A DNA stretch of 62,218 bases from Phoronis australis (lineage: Eukaryota; Animalia; Phoronida), in the NCBI GenBank assembly GCA_002633005.1, contig NMRA01001060.1, positions 1 through 62,218 of the forward strand. The letters are read 5' to 3'. Each line of letters begins with the position of its first letter. Within the stretch, counting starts at the first letter, position 1. A program made the position numbers and the translations under genes. The notes below the pieces were generated by a model. It was not told the DNA's origin, made no database searches, and saw only the letters and a list, made by a program, of their open reading frames with translations. Positions 48,896 through 59,992 of this stretch are shown piece after piece.

Positions 48896-50944
48896 CTAAG
48901 TTATTCGCCAGCTCCAGGCAATAACTGTCGCTTGGTAAGTCATTTATGACGATTGCCAACACTGCTCCGAAGGAAGCCTTAGTATAAGCTTCAACTGATA
49001 AAAACATAGGGGCCAATGAATGTTGAAACTGAAGGTTTGAGTACGAGTCCAATCTAAGAAGTCTATCTGCGTTCATTTCTCGCTGTTTACGTCTACGTTT
49101 TTCATGTTTAAAGGTTTAGGTGACAATTTTTGAACTCCGCCTCATGTACGACAAAACTTTCTCAATAGGGGACTTTTCATACCGACGCTGTAAGCGAGAA
49201 AGCGACATCTGACGGATCCAGGCTCAGATTTGGTGGAAAATTCGCCGCTGCATATGGTGGCTCATTAATTAAAAAAGAGGAAAAGATACCATCGTCAACA
49301 GCCCACCCCCCAACCTCTCTGTTTAAGTTTCACTAATTTACTTTTATTAGCTTTTTGACAAAGACAGAGATCGAAATTCTACCACTTTTATCAGTTGAAG
49401 CCAACGACCACGCAGCCACATTTTATCCATCGCAGTAGGAAATTTATAGAGATGACGTCCTTCACCTGTAGATATTTCAAGAGGTCCACAGATATTGTAA
49501 GCAAGCGGACTTCATAAACTTGGTTCGTTGAAATGACTGCACTTGCAAAAACATCTCACATTTTAAAATTCTGGGCTCAACGTATTTCAAAGATTTAAAG
49601 TTGGGTCATTAACCCAAATTGACGGTTTCCTGTGCCTTAGATGGGTTGAATTGTTATTCAGGCAATGGTCATTCACTGGCAATTCGCATTTTGAAAACCA
49701 GTTTTATGAAAAACACTGGTTACCAACGGGACCCTTACTACATGTTTTGCTCAGCGTTTTGAGCAACATGCTAGTGTTTCATTCTTGTAGTAATGATCTA
49801 CGTAATACAGCAGTGATTTTAGTCAGCATTTTTGGTCTTTTCGAACAGTTTTTCCAAAACAACAAATTTGACTCTTTTTGAGGGGCCATTCTCCTAGTGG
49901 CAAGAGTTGGGCAGTGTGAAATGCTTCAGAACATTAGCCGGACGAACACGTTCACGTTGACTCAAAATTAAAAACAGTGACACCGTACGTGTTTCTAGAG
50001 ATATTACATTCATATGTTACAAAACACACAACATGCCAAGAAATTTGTCTAACCATTGACAACTTTATTTTTCTGATTTGGCTAAAAATATGGTTTAGTT
50101 TGTGGATAGGCTGAAGTATTTGGGCTGGGCATTAACATAGTCGTGGGGCGCACAACAGGGCTACCCCGTGGCATTGCAGAACCTTGCGCTGGTAGAAACT
50201 CGTTTCAGTTTTGTGCTTGCCCAGCTGCTCTCTCCCTATCCACTCTTCATGCACTGCATCCAGGTTGCCTCTCATTACAATCACAATCATTGGTCGCCAA
50301 AAATTTCCGCACGTTTGGCAACCTCTTGAATAATTCTGGCTACACCAGTGATGTTAGAGGATTCCGAATATTTGTTGTTAAAGACCCGACTGCCACTCAA
50401 GTTGCACATTCACTGCCTTGTGGAAGCATAGACCATTATGAAAGTAACAACTGGGCCCTGGGTCTCATCTTTTTACTCAAGATTATTTTTGTCATTTTCT
50501 ATTCTGCTTTTGTTTGAACTCAAGATAAGTACCTTTTATTCTATATTCGAGTATTTAATGATGACAGTTAATGATCCCAGCATTACAGGCTAGAATCCGT
50601 TTAGCCCAAAAAGCATTTCAATACAATGTGGAGAATAAGAAAACATCTGTACTAAACTGTTTTGAAAAAATGAACCCTTTTTAGTTTCTTATCCACAAAC
50701 TGAAATATTTCTTTCGGCTGCTATTAGAACCGTCATGTACCATTATAGGGTTAGTGTTGCAGTAACAATGTTGTTTTTGGCATAGTAGCCAGAGTCTAAC
50801 CACAAGCGCTCGCATGAAGATTGGCATCTCCAGCCGTTAGATTTGGATACAAGTGTCCGGCGTCAATCTTCACGCCTTAACTGTGTGCTCGTGATTAGAC
50901 TCTTGATCTCATACTGTTCCTTACTGAGATTACATGTGGCATAT

Positions 50945-51489
50945 GGATGATAGCAGTCCGTGTGAGTGGGCATACATGTAGGAAGCCCACTCACAGGACC
51001 AGGTTACTTGTATTTTCAAAGTACAATTACCCCGCTGTTTAATGTTGCAAAGTGAGTTTATTGATATCATTTTGTAGAAAAAGCTTTACTCTTTCTGATG
51101 AAATCATCTATATTTTTAATGAAACCTAACCCCTGAAATTAGTCTGGGAAGTAGACCAAAAACCGCGGTTTGGCTAGTTGTCCCTTCCTGATTATCTCTT
51201 CCTGATAGCACTACTTTGTAAGTATCCAATAATATAACATAGTTACTTTGTAAGTATCTAATAATACAGCATAGTACTACTTTGTAAGTATCTAATAATA
51301 TAGCATAGTACTACTTTGTAAGTATCTAATAATATAGCATAGTACTACTTTGTAAGTATCTAATAATATAACATAGTTACTTTGTAAGTATCTAATAATA
51401 TAACATAGTCTTTGTAAATATTGTAAATATCTAAATACAACTAATGCTTCCCATCTACTAACCACAAGCTAATGTTCAATGTTTATTTG
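50945..51489. repeat. Direct repeat copy 2, with the 34-bp VNTR expanded to ~6 units
   Basis: Same sequence as 48460-48895 with small indels; VNTR at ~51205-51405. Confidence 0.9.
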
Positions 51490-51728
51490 AGTATACATAA
51501 ACACAATCAACAACATTGCTATCACACGCTCAATGATGGCGTGGTACGTTATTTCCAGTATTGAGATTATTACCTTCATTAATCAAGACCCATCTCTATT
51601 CTAGCTTCGAATCAAAAAGTTGATTACAATCACCATAAACAAACCCTGGCACTACCAAATTGTAATACAACAATTTTGTGTCATATTTGTGGCTTTAGTA
51701 TATAGAATGCTACCACTGACTAAATGAG

Positions 51729-51989
51729 TCAAAGCCGTGATCTGGCCAAAAACTTCAGTCCGTCACTAAGAATGCGTTCCAGATCTGACAAAGAAAAAGA
51801 AGGCAAGAATTGTTCAACAAAAGTCATCAGTTCAGCAACAGAATTCACATTACGTTTTTTGTAGGCTGTTTCTCCCATAGCTTCATACAATATTATTCCC
51901 TTGCTGGTTTCTTTAAGTACGTAAGACAATCCCGGAGGATGAATGGCTGCTAACGCTGAGGTGTGCGCTGAACTACAACTTCTGTACAA
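51729..51989 (-). pseudogene. Detached C-terminal third of the arylamine N-acetyltransferase gene
   Basis: 86 stop-free codons LYRSCSSAHTSALAAIHP...VNSVAELMTFVEQFLPSFSLSDLERILSDGLKFLARSRL* starting exactly at the piggyBac TIR; the length complements the 5' half to ~294 aa. Confidence 0.7.
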
Positions 51990-54900
51990 CCCCAGAAGGC
52001 CCAGATATTCAAAAATTTTCTTAAAAATTTTTTTGAGTTCAATAATACTTGAAGATAGATCACTAGATGATGAGAAAAGCGTTAAAAGAAATTTTGCACT
52101 CAATGACCTCGTTTTATACAATGTTGCAATTTTGCAACAGTGGGAGCTGATGGTAGCAAATGTCCTATATTTAGCTAGACATTTGTTTGTGAAAATCACT
52201 ACAAAACAACATCAGATGGAACACTTTATTTATGACAATTACCCTAATTATCAGCAAAAACTAAGTTTGGTGTATTAGTAAACATTTTGTTTGGTGCATA
52301 TGAAATTTCACCCTTGTCTCATTTCTGTAATGCAGTCAACACGTGTTCCAAGACCTCAGTCCTCGGTTGCCCCTACGGGCCAGTAATTCACATTGCTGCA
52401 TCTAAACATACAGTTTAGTTGTGGTAACTAAATATGATAGAGACGGAAACAGTTTTTTTGTGAAGTAAAGCACAGATGAAGTTCACATTTCTCGCATGCG
52501 ATTCCAGTAAAGCCGTCAGCACAGTACTTGCAACGACCTCTTTTCGCAACTTTTATGGGCCAGTGACCAACACCATCGCATCTAACCTCACGTGGAAGTG
52601 CTGCCTTTCTTGCCTTCTTTGGTAGTGCAGGTTTTGGCAATTTAACCTCATCCAACGATGGCCGGCCTCGCTTGGGAGCTTTGCACATGATCAGTGAAGT
52701 TGCAATCTGGGCCTGGAACATTCTCAGCTTCATGAGGTCCCCTTCGGGCTTTTGAAGAGCACGAAATTCCTTTTGGTACAATAGCCAAGCATTTACGACA
52801 GCAACGGATATAGTGTGCCAAAATAGGTACAGGTACCACCTTCTGGACGTGATGCCGTACTTGTACTTTGCTGACAGAGCATCCAACAGGTCGACACCAC
52901 CCATAAATTTATTGTACTGACTGACACAAAATGGCCTTGGGATTTGGACATGTGACTTAGAGCTCTTGTCCCATCTTCTGACAATATCAGTAGGATTAGC
53001 ACCAACAAAAGATGAAATGACAGTTACTGGCTTGTTGTCATACCAGTGCACAACGCAGATGTTTTCGTTGACCTCGACTTTTTCTTCATAGGAACCTCTT
53101 CCTTGTTTTTTCATTTCCTTTTCACTTTTGAGGCTGCACCCTTGGATACGATTGGTTCGTATAGTACCCAGGTACTGTATTCCACGTTCATGTAGCTTGT
53201 TAACCAGCTCGATACCAGAAAAGAAGTTGTCCGCAATTATTTTGTAGTTCTTGTGAGATGGCAAAGTTGCTGACAAATTCAAAACAACATCCGCACACAG
53301 GCCCAGCTCAGATTTAAACGTGCGCTGACTGCCTTGGTAAACTTCAAAATCATACAGAAGTCCACTGACTGATGTTCTAGCCCAGATTTTGAAGCCCCAA
53401 GGATGTGGTTTGCCACGGACATATTGTTTTATACCACTAAACTTCCCATTAAATTTCACCATCATCTCATCTATTGAATTGTGCTCGTCAGGAGTAAGTT
53501 TGAGGCAGTTTTCGCGAAACCTGTCCAACCACGGTTTCACCTTCCACAACTTGTTTTTCTTTTCTTCATCAGTTACTAACAGGTTATTTGCAAAATGGAT
53601 TGACGAAAGAATGTCCTGGAACTTGTTCCGTGACATTACATCAGCAACGGGTGGATATCTGTTTTCTGTCTCCCAATAGGTTCGATTGCCTGGCATTTTA
53701 ACAATTCCCATGCGTAAATACATCCCTATAGCCTGTTCCATCTCTTTTGTAGATATATTACTAGGAACACCCTTTTTCTGCATGGAGTAAATGTTGCTAC
53801 TTTCTGTCAAAGCATCAATCATTTCAACAGTTATGAACTGTTGGAAGTATCTATACGGCGATAGAACCTCTCCATCAAGGGGTGCATCATGACTTGAACC
53901 TGAGAATGTAACATCACCAGGTTCGAACGTCTTGTTCCGCCACTTGAAAAGCTGCTTTTTGGTTGGTTGTTCACTAGTGCTGGGAGCAGGCTGGTTAATA
54001 AAATGGGCTAGTGGTTCATCGTCACTATCAGAAGTTTCATCATCGCCACCAAGTTGCTGGGGAATGAAGTCATCTTCATCATCATCATCATCACTAACTA
54101 AGCCCTCCAATTCACTCTCATCTCCATCTAACAAATGTAACACATCTCCCAACTCGAGGTTTTTCCTTGTCATTTTGAATCTGAAAATAAACCAGGAAAT
54201 CGATTAGTGTTGCATTACGTGCATTTCAAAAGAAAAATCTTCAGGAGTAGCGAGTAATAAACAATTATATTTGCTCGTAAAGACGCTGATTGAATGTGAT
54301 ATCACAGAGACAACGTACGTGACTTGGCAACAAAAAAAAAACAAAAGGTCTACACAAAAATTAAAATCTGCTAAGTCAAACTTACATACAAGTCGATGGA
54401 AAGCAGCATAAAAACTAACACAGTCGTTGAGTTTCTACTGACACACAAAGTTTATTAACTCTAGCTACAATATATATAGTGAACAGAAATTTGTGTGGGT
54501 TGTGACTGCAAAACAAAAACAATGTTGAAATATCCGGTGATCTCATCTACATCATAAACATGAATGAAGTCTGGACAGCTGCTTGCTGTATACACTTTCA
54601 CTATGAGTGGACATTGGTTACTGACATAGTAAACAAAAACACAAGGATGTCCTGGAATAGTTATATAATAGAAATTGTTTTGCTGGGACAGTTGTACGTC
54701 AGAGGAAATGATTAAACTTGCACTTAATTAACTACACCAAAATTCAAGGCATTTAACTGGGCATGAACCCAACAGTGTCAGACAGAAGATTAAACACAAG
54801 TCTGTTGTCATGGTGATGACAGAGCCCGGTGTTGCAATTATGCAACATGGCTTTTCATGACTAAGGCACTTAGAAAACAAAACATTATTCAACATAAAGT

Positions 54901-55212
54901 TCATACCATCAAATAATATAGTCTTTAATGGTTTGAATACATTACATTGAAAAATTAAATTTACCTGGACTGTGTAGTGAATGACTTTGCCTTTTGTCCA
55001 TATGACAGCTTGCAACATGGCGGCAGACATCTTGAATTTCTAATTCAAATAGTTTGTTCATTTGTCAAGAGAGGTCCCTCATACTGTAGCATTACTGCAA
55101 CAATGGGCCTTGGAGGGTACACAATCAATTATATGAACACAGAATAATTGGGGGGTTAACTATAGATTATCAAAAGTGGTGTTGCAATATTACAACAAGG
55201 GGCCTTCCAGGG
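51990..55212 (-). mobile_element. Full-length piggyBac transposon (3223 bp)
   Basis: 13-bp TIRs CCCCAGAAGGCCC (51990-52002) and GGGCCTTCCAGGG (55200-55212), 11/13 match; subterminal palindromes; intact transposase. Confidence 0.8.
52428..54173 (-). CDS. piggyBac transposase (PGBD2/PGBD3-like), 581 aa, intact
   Basis: Acidic N-terminus, MSRNKF, catalytic SIDEMM / IIADNFF / MGGVDLLD, KPHPWGFKIW, WYDNKPV, and C-terminal Cys-rich RCKYC..CEKCELHLC..CFRLYH. Confidence 0.95.
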   Translation of the reverse strand: MTRKNLELGDVLHLLDGDESELEGLVSDDDDDEDDFIPQQLGGDDETSDSDDEPLAHFINQPAPSTSEQPTKKQLFKWRNKTFEPGDVTFSGSSHDAPLDGEVLSPYRYFQQFITVEMIDALTESSNIYSMQKKGVPSNISTKEMEQAIGMYLRMGIVKMPGNRTYWETENRYPPVADVMSRNKFQDILSSIHFANNLLVTDEEKKNKLWKVKPWLDRFRENCLKLTPDEHNSIDEMMVKFNGKFSGIKQYVRGKPHPWGFKIWARTSVSGLLYDFEVYQGSQRTFKSELGLCADVVLNLSATLPSHKNYKIIADNFFSGIELVNKLHERGIQYLGTIRTNRIQGCSLKSEKEMKKQGRGSYEEKVEVNENICVVHWYDNKPVTVISSFVGANPTDIVRRWDKSSKSHVQIPRPFCVSQYNKFMGGVDLLDALSAKYKYGITSRRWYLYLFWHTISVAVVNAWLLYQKEFRALQKPEGDLMKLRMFQAQIATSLIMCKAPKRGRPSLDEVKLPKPALPKKARKAALPREVRCDGVGHWPIKVAKRGRCKYCADGFTGIACEKCELHLCFTSQKNCFRLYHI

Positions 55213-55840
55213 CATTAAGCCGTGGAACTATCTCATCAAGTGAAACTGCATCTAGATTGAAAGTATAAAAATCTATCCACTGGGCCTTTTCAACTGTAAT
55301 AAATGGATCCGTTTCACTTATGAACTGTCGTCGAACATAATGATCACCCGCTTTGGCAAATTTGCACAACATATTTTTATGCTGAAAACATAGGGATTCC
55401 ACCTCAAAATCCAAAGGGAATGCATCAAGAGCTGGATGTGCAATTCCTGCATCCACCAAAAAGGTGTCTCCCTCCTCATGTAGATCCTTAACAATAACAA
55501 TCACATGTAGTGGATACGTGTTGATTATTAAGCGCGCTAAACTCAAGTAGGTATGGAAACCTAAACCTGCCAGCAGCGCAGACATGAAGGTATGCAGCTC
55601 ATAACAAAAACCGCCTCGTCGGCTCATAAGTTTCTCTTTGATATCATCCCAACTTGGAGTACGTCTCAGATCCTTAGGAATCATTAAAAGATTAAAACTG
55701 GTATACGGGATGTGGTGACTAAATGCTGTAATAATACGTTTCAAAAAAGCAGCCTTGTGCAGTTTCTTGCAGTCCTCAAGATTAACATCAATAACCTCTA
55801 GGAAACATCCGATTTCCTCTGGAGACAGCTGCATCGCCAT
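55190..55840 (-). CDS. Arylamine N-acetyltransferase, intronless, truncated after codon 209 by the piggyBac insertion
   Basis: HIPYTSFNL, RRGGFCYELH (catalytic Cys), LHVIVIV (His), FLVDAG (Asp). The last residues ALEGPLL* are encoded by the transposon end. Confidence 0.85.
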   Translation of the reverse strand: MAMQLSPEEIGCFLEVIDVNLEDCKKLHKAAFLKRIITAFSHHIPYTSFNLLMIPKDLRRTPSWDDIKEKLMSRRGGFCYELHTFMSALLAGLGFHTYLSLARLIINTYPLHVIVIVKDLHEEGDTFLVDAGIAHPALDAFPLDFEVESLCFQHKNMLCKFAKAGDHYVRRQFISETDPFITVEKAQWIDFYTFNLDAVSLDEIVPRLNALEGPLL

Positions 55841-57050
55841 TTTGAAGTTGTCTTAGTGTAGTGGGCAAGTGCGCACAAAGCTGAATAGACCTAGCTGCGA
55901 AGCCAGATGACACAAATGATCTCACATAAACCGTTTCTGTGTGACCATTGGGTCTTACTTTTGTAACAGGGGAGCCCTGAATACGGTTATATAATTGAGT
56001 TACATAAGGTCTCTGGTGGACAAGCTGTACATTACTAGTGGATTATTTTGGTGTCAATGCTATCGATGCCACTGGCTTTACTACAGTTCAGATTTTTTAT
56101 TTGTTCTCGGACGTCGACTTGAATGTCTTGAAACTTAAATGATATTCCCTCGTGTATCTTGGGCGGGAGCTCAATAGTTGACATACTGAATTTTCAGCAA
56201 GTTTTTGGCCAATGCCAGCTGAGTAAAAAAGTCATTAAATGCATTTGATATTTTATTTTTGTCCGAAACAACATCGTTAAAAATTAGAAATTCATTTGCT
56301 ACAGACTTGCCCTTGTTAGGTAAAATTGATTTTATGATTCTCCAGAGTTTTTCCGTTAGATATGTTTTAATTAATAACTTAATTGGTCGTAATACTCAGC
56401 CTTGGTCCGTTTAAGAGCATTGTTTACCTTATTTCTAGCTTTCTTAACGATACCCCTGTCAGATGAATTTCGAGTACGCTGAGCTATTCCCTTCATGTAG
56501 TCTCTCTAGCGAGAGAGAGCTATGAGGTTATCATTAAAGACAAGCAAGGATTAGCATGACAGCTGTTGCCATTAAGCCGGGTTCATGAGAGTCAAACTGC
56601 CCCGACGGGGAAGCACTAAGACAACCCGGAACAACATCGAACCTAGTTGTTGCTTACCCTAGAAGTCAATGACGCTGTTGCCATCCAGCCAGCGTCTCAT
56701 CTCCGAGTCCACAAGAAGAAGAACACCTGCAGCTTCCAACCAGGTCCTGCCGCTCGATCCACGCCCACACCAACCCAGTGGCGGATCTAGGATATCACAA
56801 GGGGGGGCCAACATGTTGTCTGAAAAAATTTGTGCAAAGCACAATTAAATGCTCATGGCACCGAATGGAGGGAGGTAGGGAGGGGGGTTCGCCCCCCTCC
56901 AGCGCAGGAAATTTTTTCTGTTTTTTCCTCTAAAAGCAAACATTTTCCTTGATTCTTGAAGTATTATCCAAGAAAAAAGGCAAAGAAAAAGAAAAGTAAA
57001 AAGAAAAAAAAAACACGGCGAACGTGTCAAACATGAAAAACTATACTTTT

Positions 57051-57110
57051 CGCAGACTCGAACTCACGACCTGGCGGATTGAGCAAAAGTACTTTACCAC
57101 TACACCACCA
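57051..57110 (-). other. tRNA-derived Pol III A/B-box segment inside the element
   Basis: Minus strand ggTGGTGTAGTGGtaaag...gtgaGTTCGAGTCtg; no complete cloverleaf. Confidence 0.55.
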
Positions 57111-57750
57111 CGACTTCACCCAAAATTTGATGATAAGAGACCTACTTGTCCACAGCGTTTGCGCGAGAAACCTACTTCTTTTTGTAATGCTTATTACACT
57201 TTTTATACTTTGTGCAACCAGTTCGTAACAAATTTGTTGTATTTAGAATAGTCTTCAATTGCCCAAAAGACCAAATCCGTTTTTTGTGTTGGCACTAATG
57301 AGGCGATTGCTTTGGAAATCGTCTTCACAGAGATAATTACGAGTTTCTGAGTGATTCACTAAGGCTTCGATTGAAATTCACATCTTACCAGCAGCTTCTG
57401 TTTTTTCATCGTCACTCAGATTCCGTTTTCTTTAAAAAAATGAAGTAATTTTCTTCATTGCAGAGTGAAGCAGACGACGGAAACGGAGTCGTAGTGCGCA
57501 GCGCCACTGCAGGTCGCCTGGGATATCGCGGGAGAGCCTATACTTAGCCAGTTTTGTTACGATTGAGCCGTGTTCCGAATTTGACACTTGAAATTGGATC
57601 TGAGCCCCCTCCCCCCCAAACACACTAAAACTGCACACATTAAAATCTTGTTTCCGCCGTATAATGTTAATTACCGGGGTCAATTAATTAACTCAACATT
57701 TCCCTACGCTCTTGCTGTTTTATTTTTTTCCGGCAGCCAAGGGGGGGGGG

Positions 57751-58363
57751 NNNNNNNNNNNNNNNNNNNNNNNNNNNNNNNNNNNNNNNNNNNNNNNNNN
57801 NNNNNNNNNNNNNNNNNNNNNNNNNNNNNNNNNNNNNNNNNNNNNNNNNNNNNNNNNNNNNNNNNNNNNNNNNNNNNNNNNNNNNNNNNNNNNNNNNNNN
57901 NNNNNNNNNNNNNNNNNNNNNNNNNNNNNNNNNNNNNNNNNNNNNNNNNNNNNNNNNNNNNNNNNNNNNNNNNNNNNNNNNNNNNNNNNNNNNNNNNNNN
58001 NNNNNNNNNNNNNNNNNNNNNNNNNNNNNNNNNNNNNNNNNNNNNNNNNNNNNNNNNNNNNNNNNNNNNNNNNNNNNNNNNNNNNNNNNNNNNNNNNNNN
58101 NNNNNNNNNNNNNNNNNNNNNNNNNNNNNNNNNNNNNNNNNNNNNNNNNNNNNNNNNNNNNNNNNNNNNNNNNNNNNNNNNNNNNNNNNNNNNNNNNNNN
58201 NNNNNNNNNNNNNNNNNNNNNNNNNNNNNNNNNNNNNNNNNNNNNNNNNNNNNNNNNNNNNNNNNNNNNNNNNNNNNNNNNNNNNNNNNNNNNNNNNNNN
58301 NNNNNNNNNNNNNNNNNNNNNNNNNNNNNNNNNNNNNNNNNNNNNNNNNNNNNNNNNNNNNNN
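57751..58363. other. Assembly gap (N run)
   Basis: Run of n; ORFs spanning it are artefacts. Confidence 1.
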
Positions 58364-58879
58364 CAACCTCAGCAAGGACAGAAGGCGAGATCAACCGATC
58401 TAGCGAAGCTGTCCGAGGGCTTCGCCCTCATCTGCTCTACTACGCCACGAGAGTTCAGTTGAAGAGTTCAAGAAATTAACACCTCCACTCTGTCACACCA
58501 AATACCAACTATTCGTGCAGTTTTCGTGCTCCTCTCCGTTCAGTCCTCCCTAGCTTGGTTGTTGCTCACATTTCGGCCCCTATACAGCTACATTGTCCCC
58601 GTTTCTACACATTTAACTTAGTAGCAAACGGCCTGCTCGCGTTTCAAAACTGTATAAAATCACAACGGTGCGAAATACTAACGATGGATTGCTTGAAGGT
58701 GTGAATTAATGGGCTTATATATTCTTATTGAATAAACCTCTGTATTATTCACCAATTTTAGTTTTCAATACCACCCTCTGTCCGCACCGGGCTCGTAAAA
58801 TCAGAGCGCCTTGGTCGTAGATATCGCTCCCGTTACACTTTTCTCGCAAGTGAACTAGGTCTACGAAACATTCTCTCTA

Positions 58880-58962
58880 ACTCGCCAGCTACCGGCAATA
58901 ACTGTCGCTTGGCAAGTTATTTATGACGATTGCCAACACTGCTCCGAAGGAAGCCTTAGTAT
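58880..58962. repeat. Dispersed repeat shared with ~48905-48985
   Basis: ggcaataactgtcgcttgg..atttatgacgattgccaacactgctccgaaggaagccttagtat in both places. Confidence 0.8.
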
Positions 58963-59992
58963 GTGTTTCATGACCACAAGCAGGGGCGGATCCGGGATTT
59001 TGAGTTAGGGGGGCCAGGGAGAGTATTAGCCAGGATTTTGCCCGTCAGACATTCGCGCCCCTGAACTGCCAAATGAATCTGGGTAGGGGGGCCATATGGC
59101 CCCCTTATTCCCCCTCTAAATCCGCATCTGATTAGTTTCCATGGATATGCAACTTCACTGTCCTGTATCCAGGAAGGGCAAACGCTGTTAACGTTCTATA
59201 ATGAGGTAAAACTTTTTTTAACAGATCACGCGGATTTGTGCCAGAGACTGGATCAAAGACTCCTGGCCAGCACAGCTTTTGGACTGATTGTTACGTCAAC
59301 AGATGGCAGCGTAATTCATGACCAGTTTTCTACGTCATGACTATGTTAACCAATCACGCGTCTTGAAAATCAAAAGTGCGTCATTAGCATAGTCAACCAG
59401 GGAAGCTATTGGAAAAATAATACAAGGATATTTCGCAATTATTCATTCCTATCTTGTTGGTGTTTTAGTTTCTTTCGCCTGGCACTAGACTCATAAGTGT
59501 GTGCGATTACATAGGCTGGATACTAGTTGTATAGTAAAGCCTATAAACACACACAAAGTCCTGTTAGTGAGAACTTCCGGCAGGTTGGCAGGTAAGCCAC
59601 TCTTCTTAAGTCGAGATCCTGTTTTTGATCGTTAATCATTATCAAACCCAAACATAATATCGTACCTTATCGTGGTTGAGGTGGAATTCTAAGTTTTATG
59701 TTGTTATTATTCTTCGTTTAGTTTTTGCAACACACCATTTATATTTAAGTGCATTTTCTGTCCTTTTTCTTTGAGTTATTCCACTGAGACTAGAGTCACT
59801 AGACAAACTCTTCACAATTTACATACGTGATACACAGTATGTTTGGTCTAGTACCGAGTCTCAGGCTGACTACTGCCCGCTGTTAAAACTGGCTTGATTA
59901 GCTAATACTAATATCAGGTTGGTTTAATGACTATGAACTGATGTGTGGTCGACATTTTACATGAAAATTCAAATTATCTGTGACAGTCATTT

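Larger units (their letters stand above)
56776..58363. mobile_element. CAGTGGCGGATCTAG-type (hAT-like) non-autonomous element whose right end lies in the gap
   Basis: Starts cagtggcggatctagg after caccaacc; sequence resumes after the gap with caacc (partial TSD). Related starts at 46923 and 58981-59130. Confidence 0.6.

Noticed and set aside
50287-50409. Minus peptide ...SRVFNNK...IIQEV reminiscent of GIMAP GTPases
   Set aside because: Only 40 aa, with no P-loop nearby and no splice support.
48709-51405. 34-bp, 59-bp and 21-bp arrays as CRISPR-like
   Set aside because: They are head-to-tail units without unique spacers, there are no cas genes, and the context is eukaryotic.
51990-52199. N-terminal part of the 156-aa ORF 51729-52199 as real protein
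   Set aside because: It starts at GTG and lies inside the piggyBac end; only the part beyond the TIR is NAT-like.
55153-55159. GGGTTAA as the canonical piggyBac end
   Set aside because: There is no matching TTAACCC partner near the other end, whereas the 51990/55212 TIR pair coincides with the NAT breakpoints.
57588-58479. Long ORFs of 223-271 aa
   Set aside because: They are artefacts of translating the N gap.
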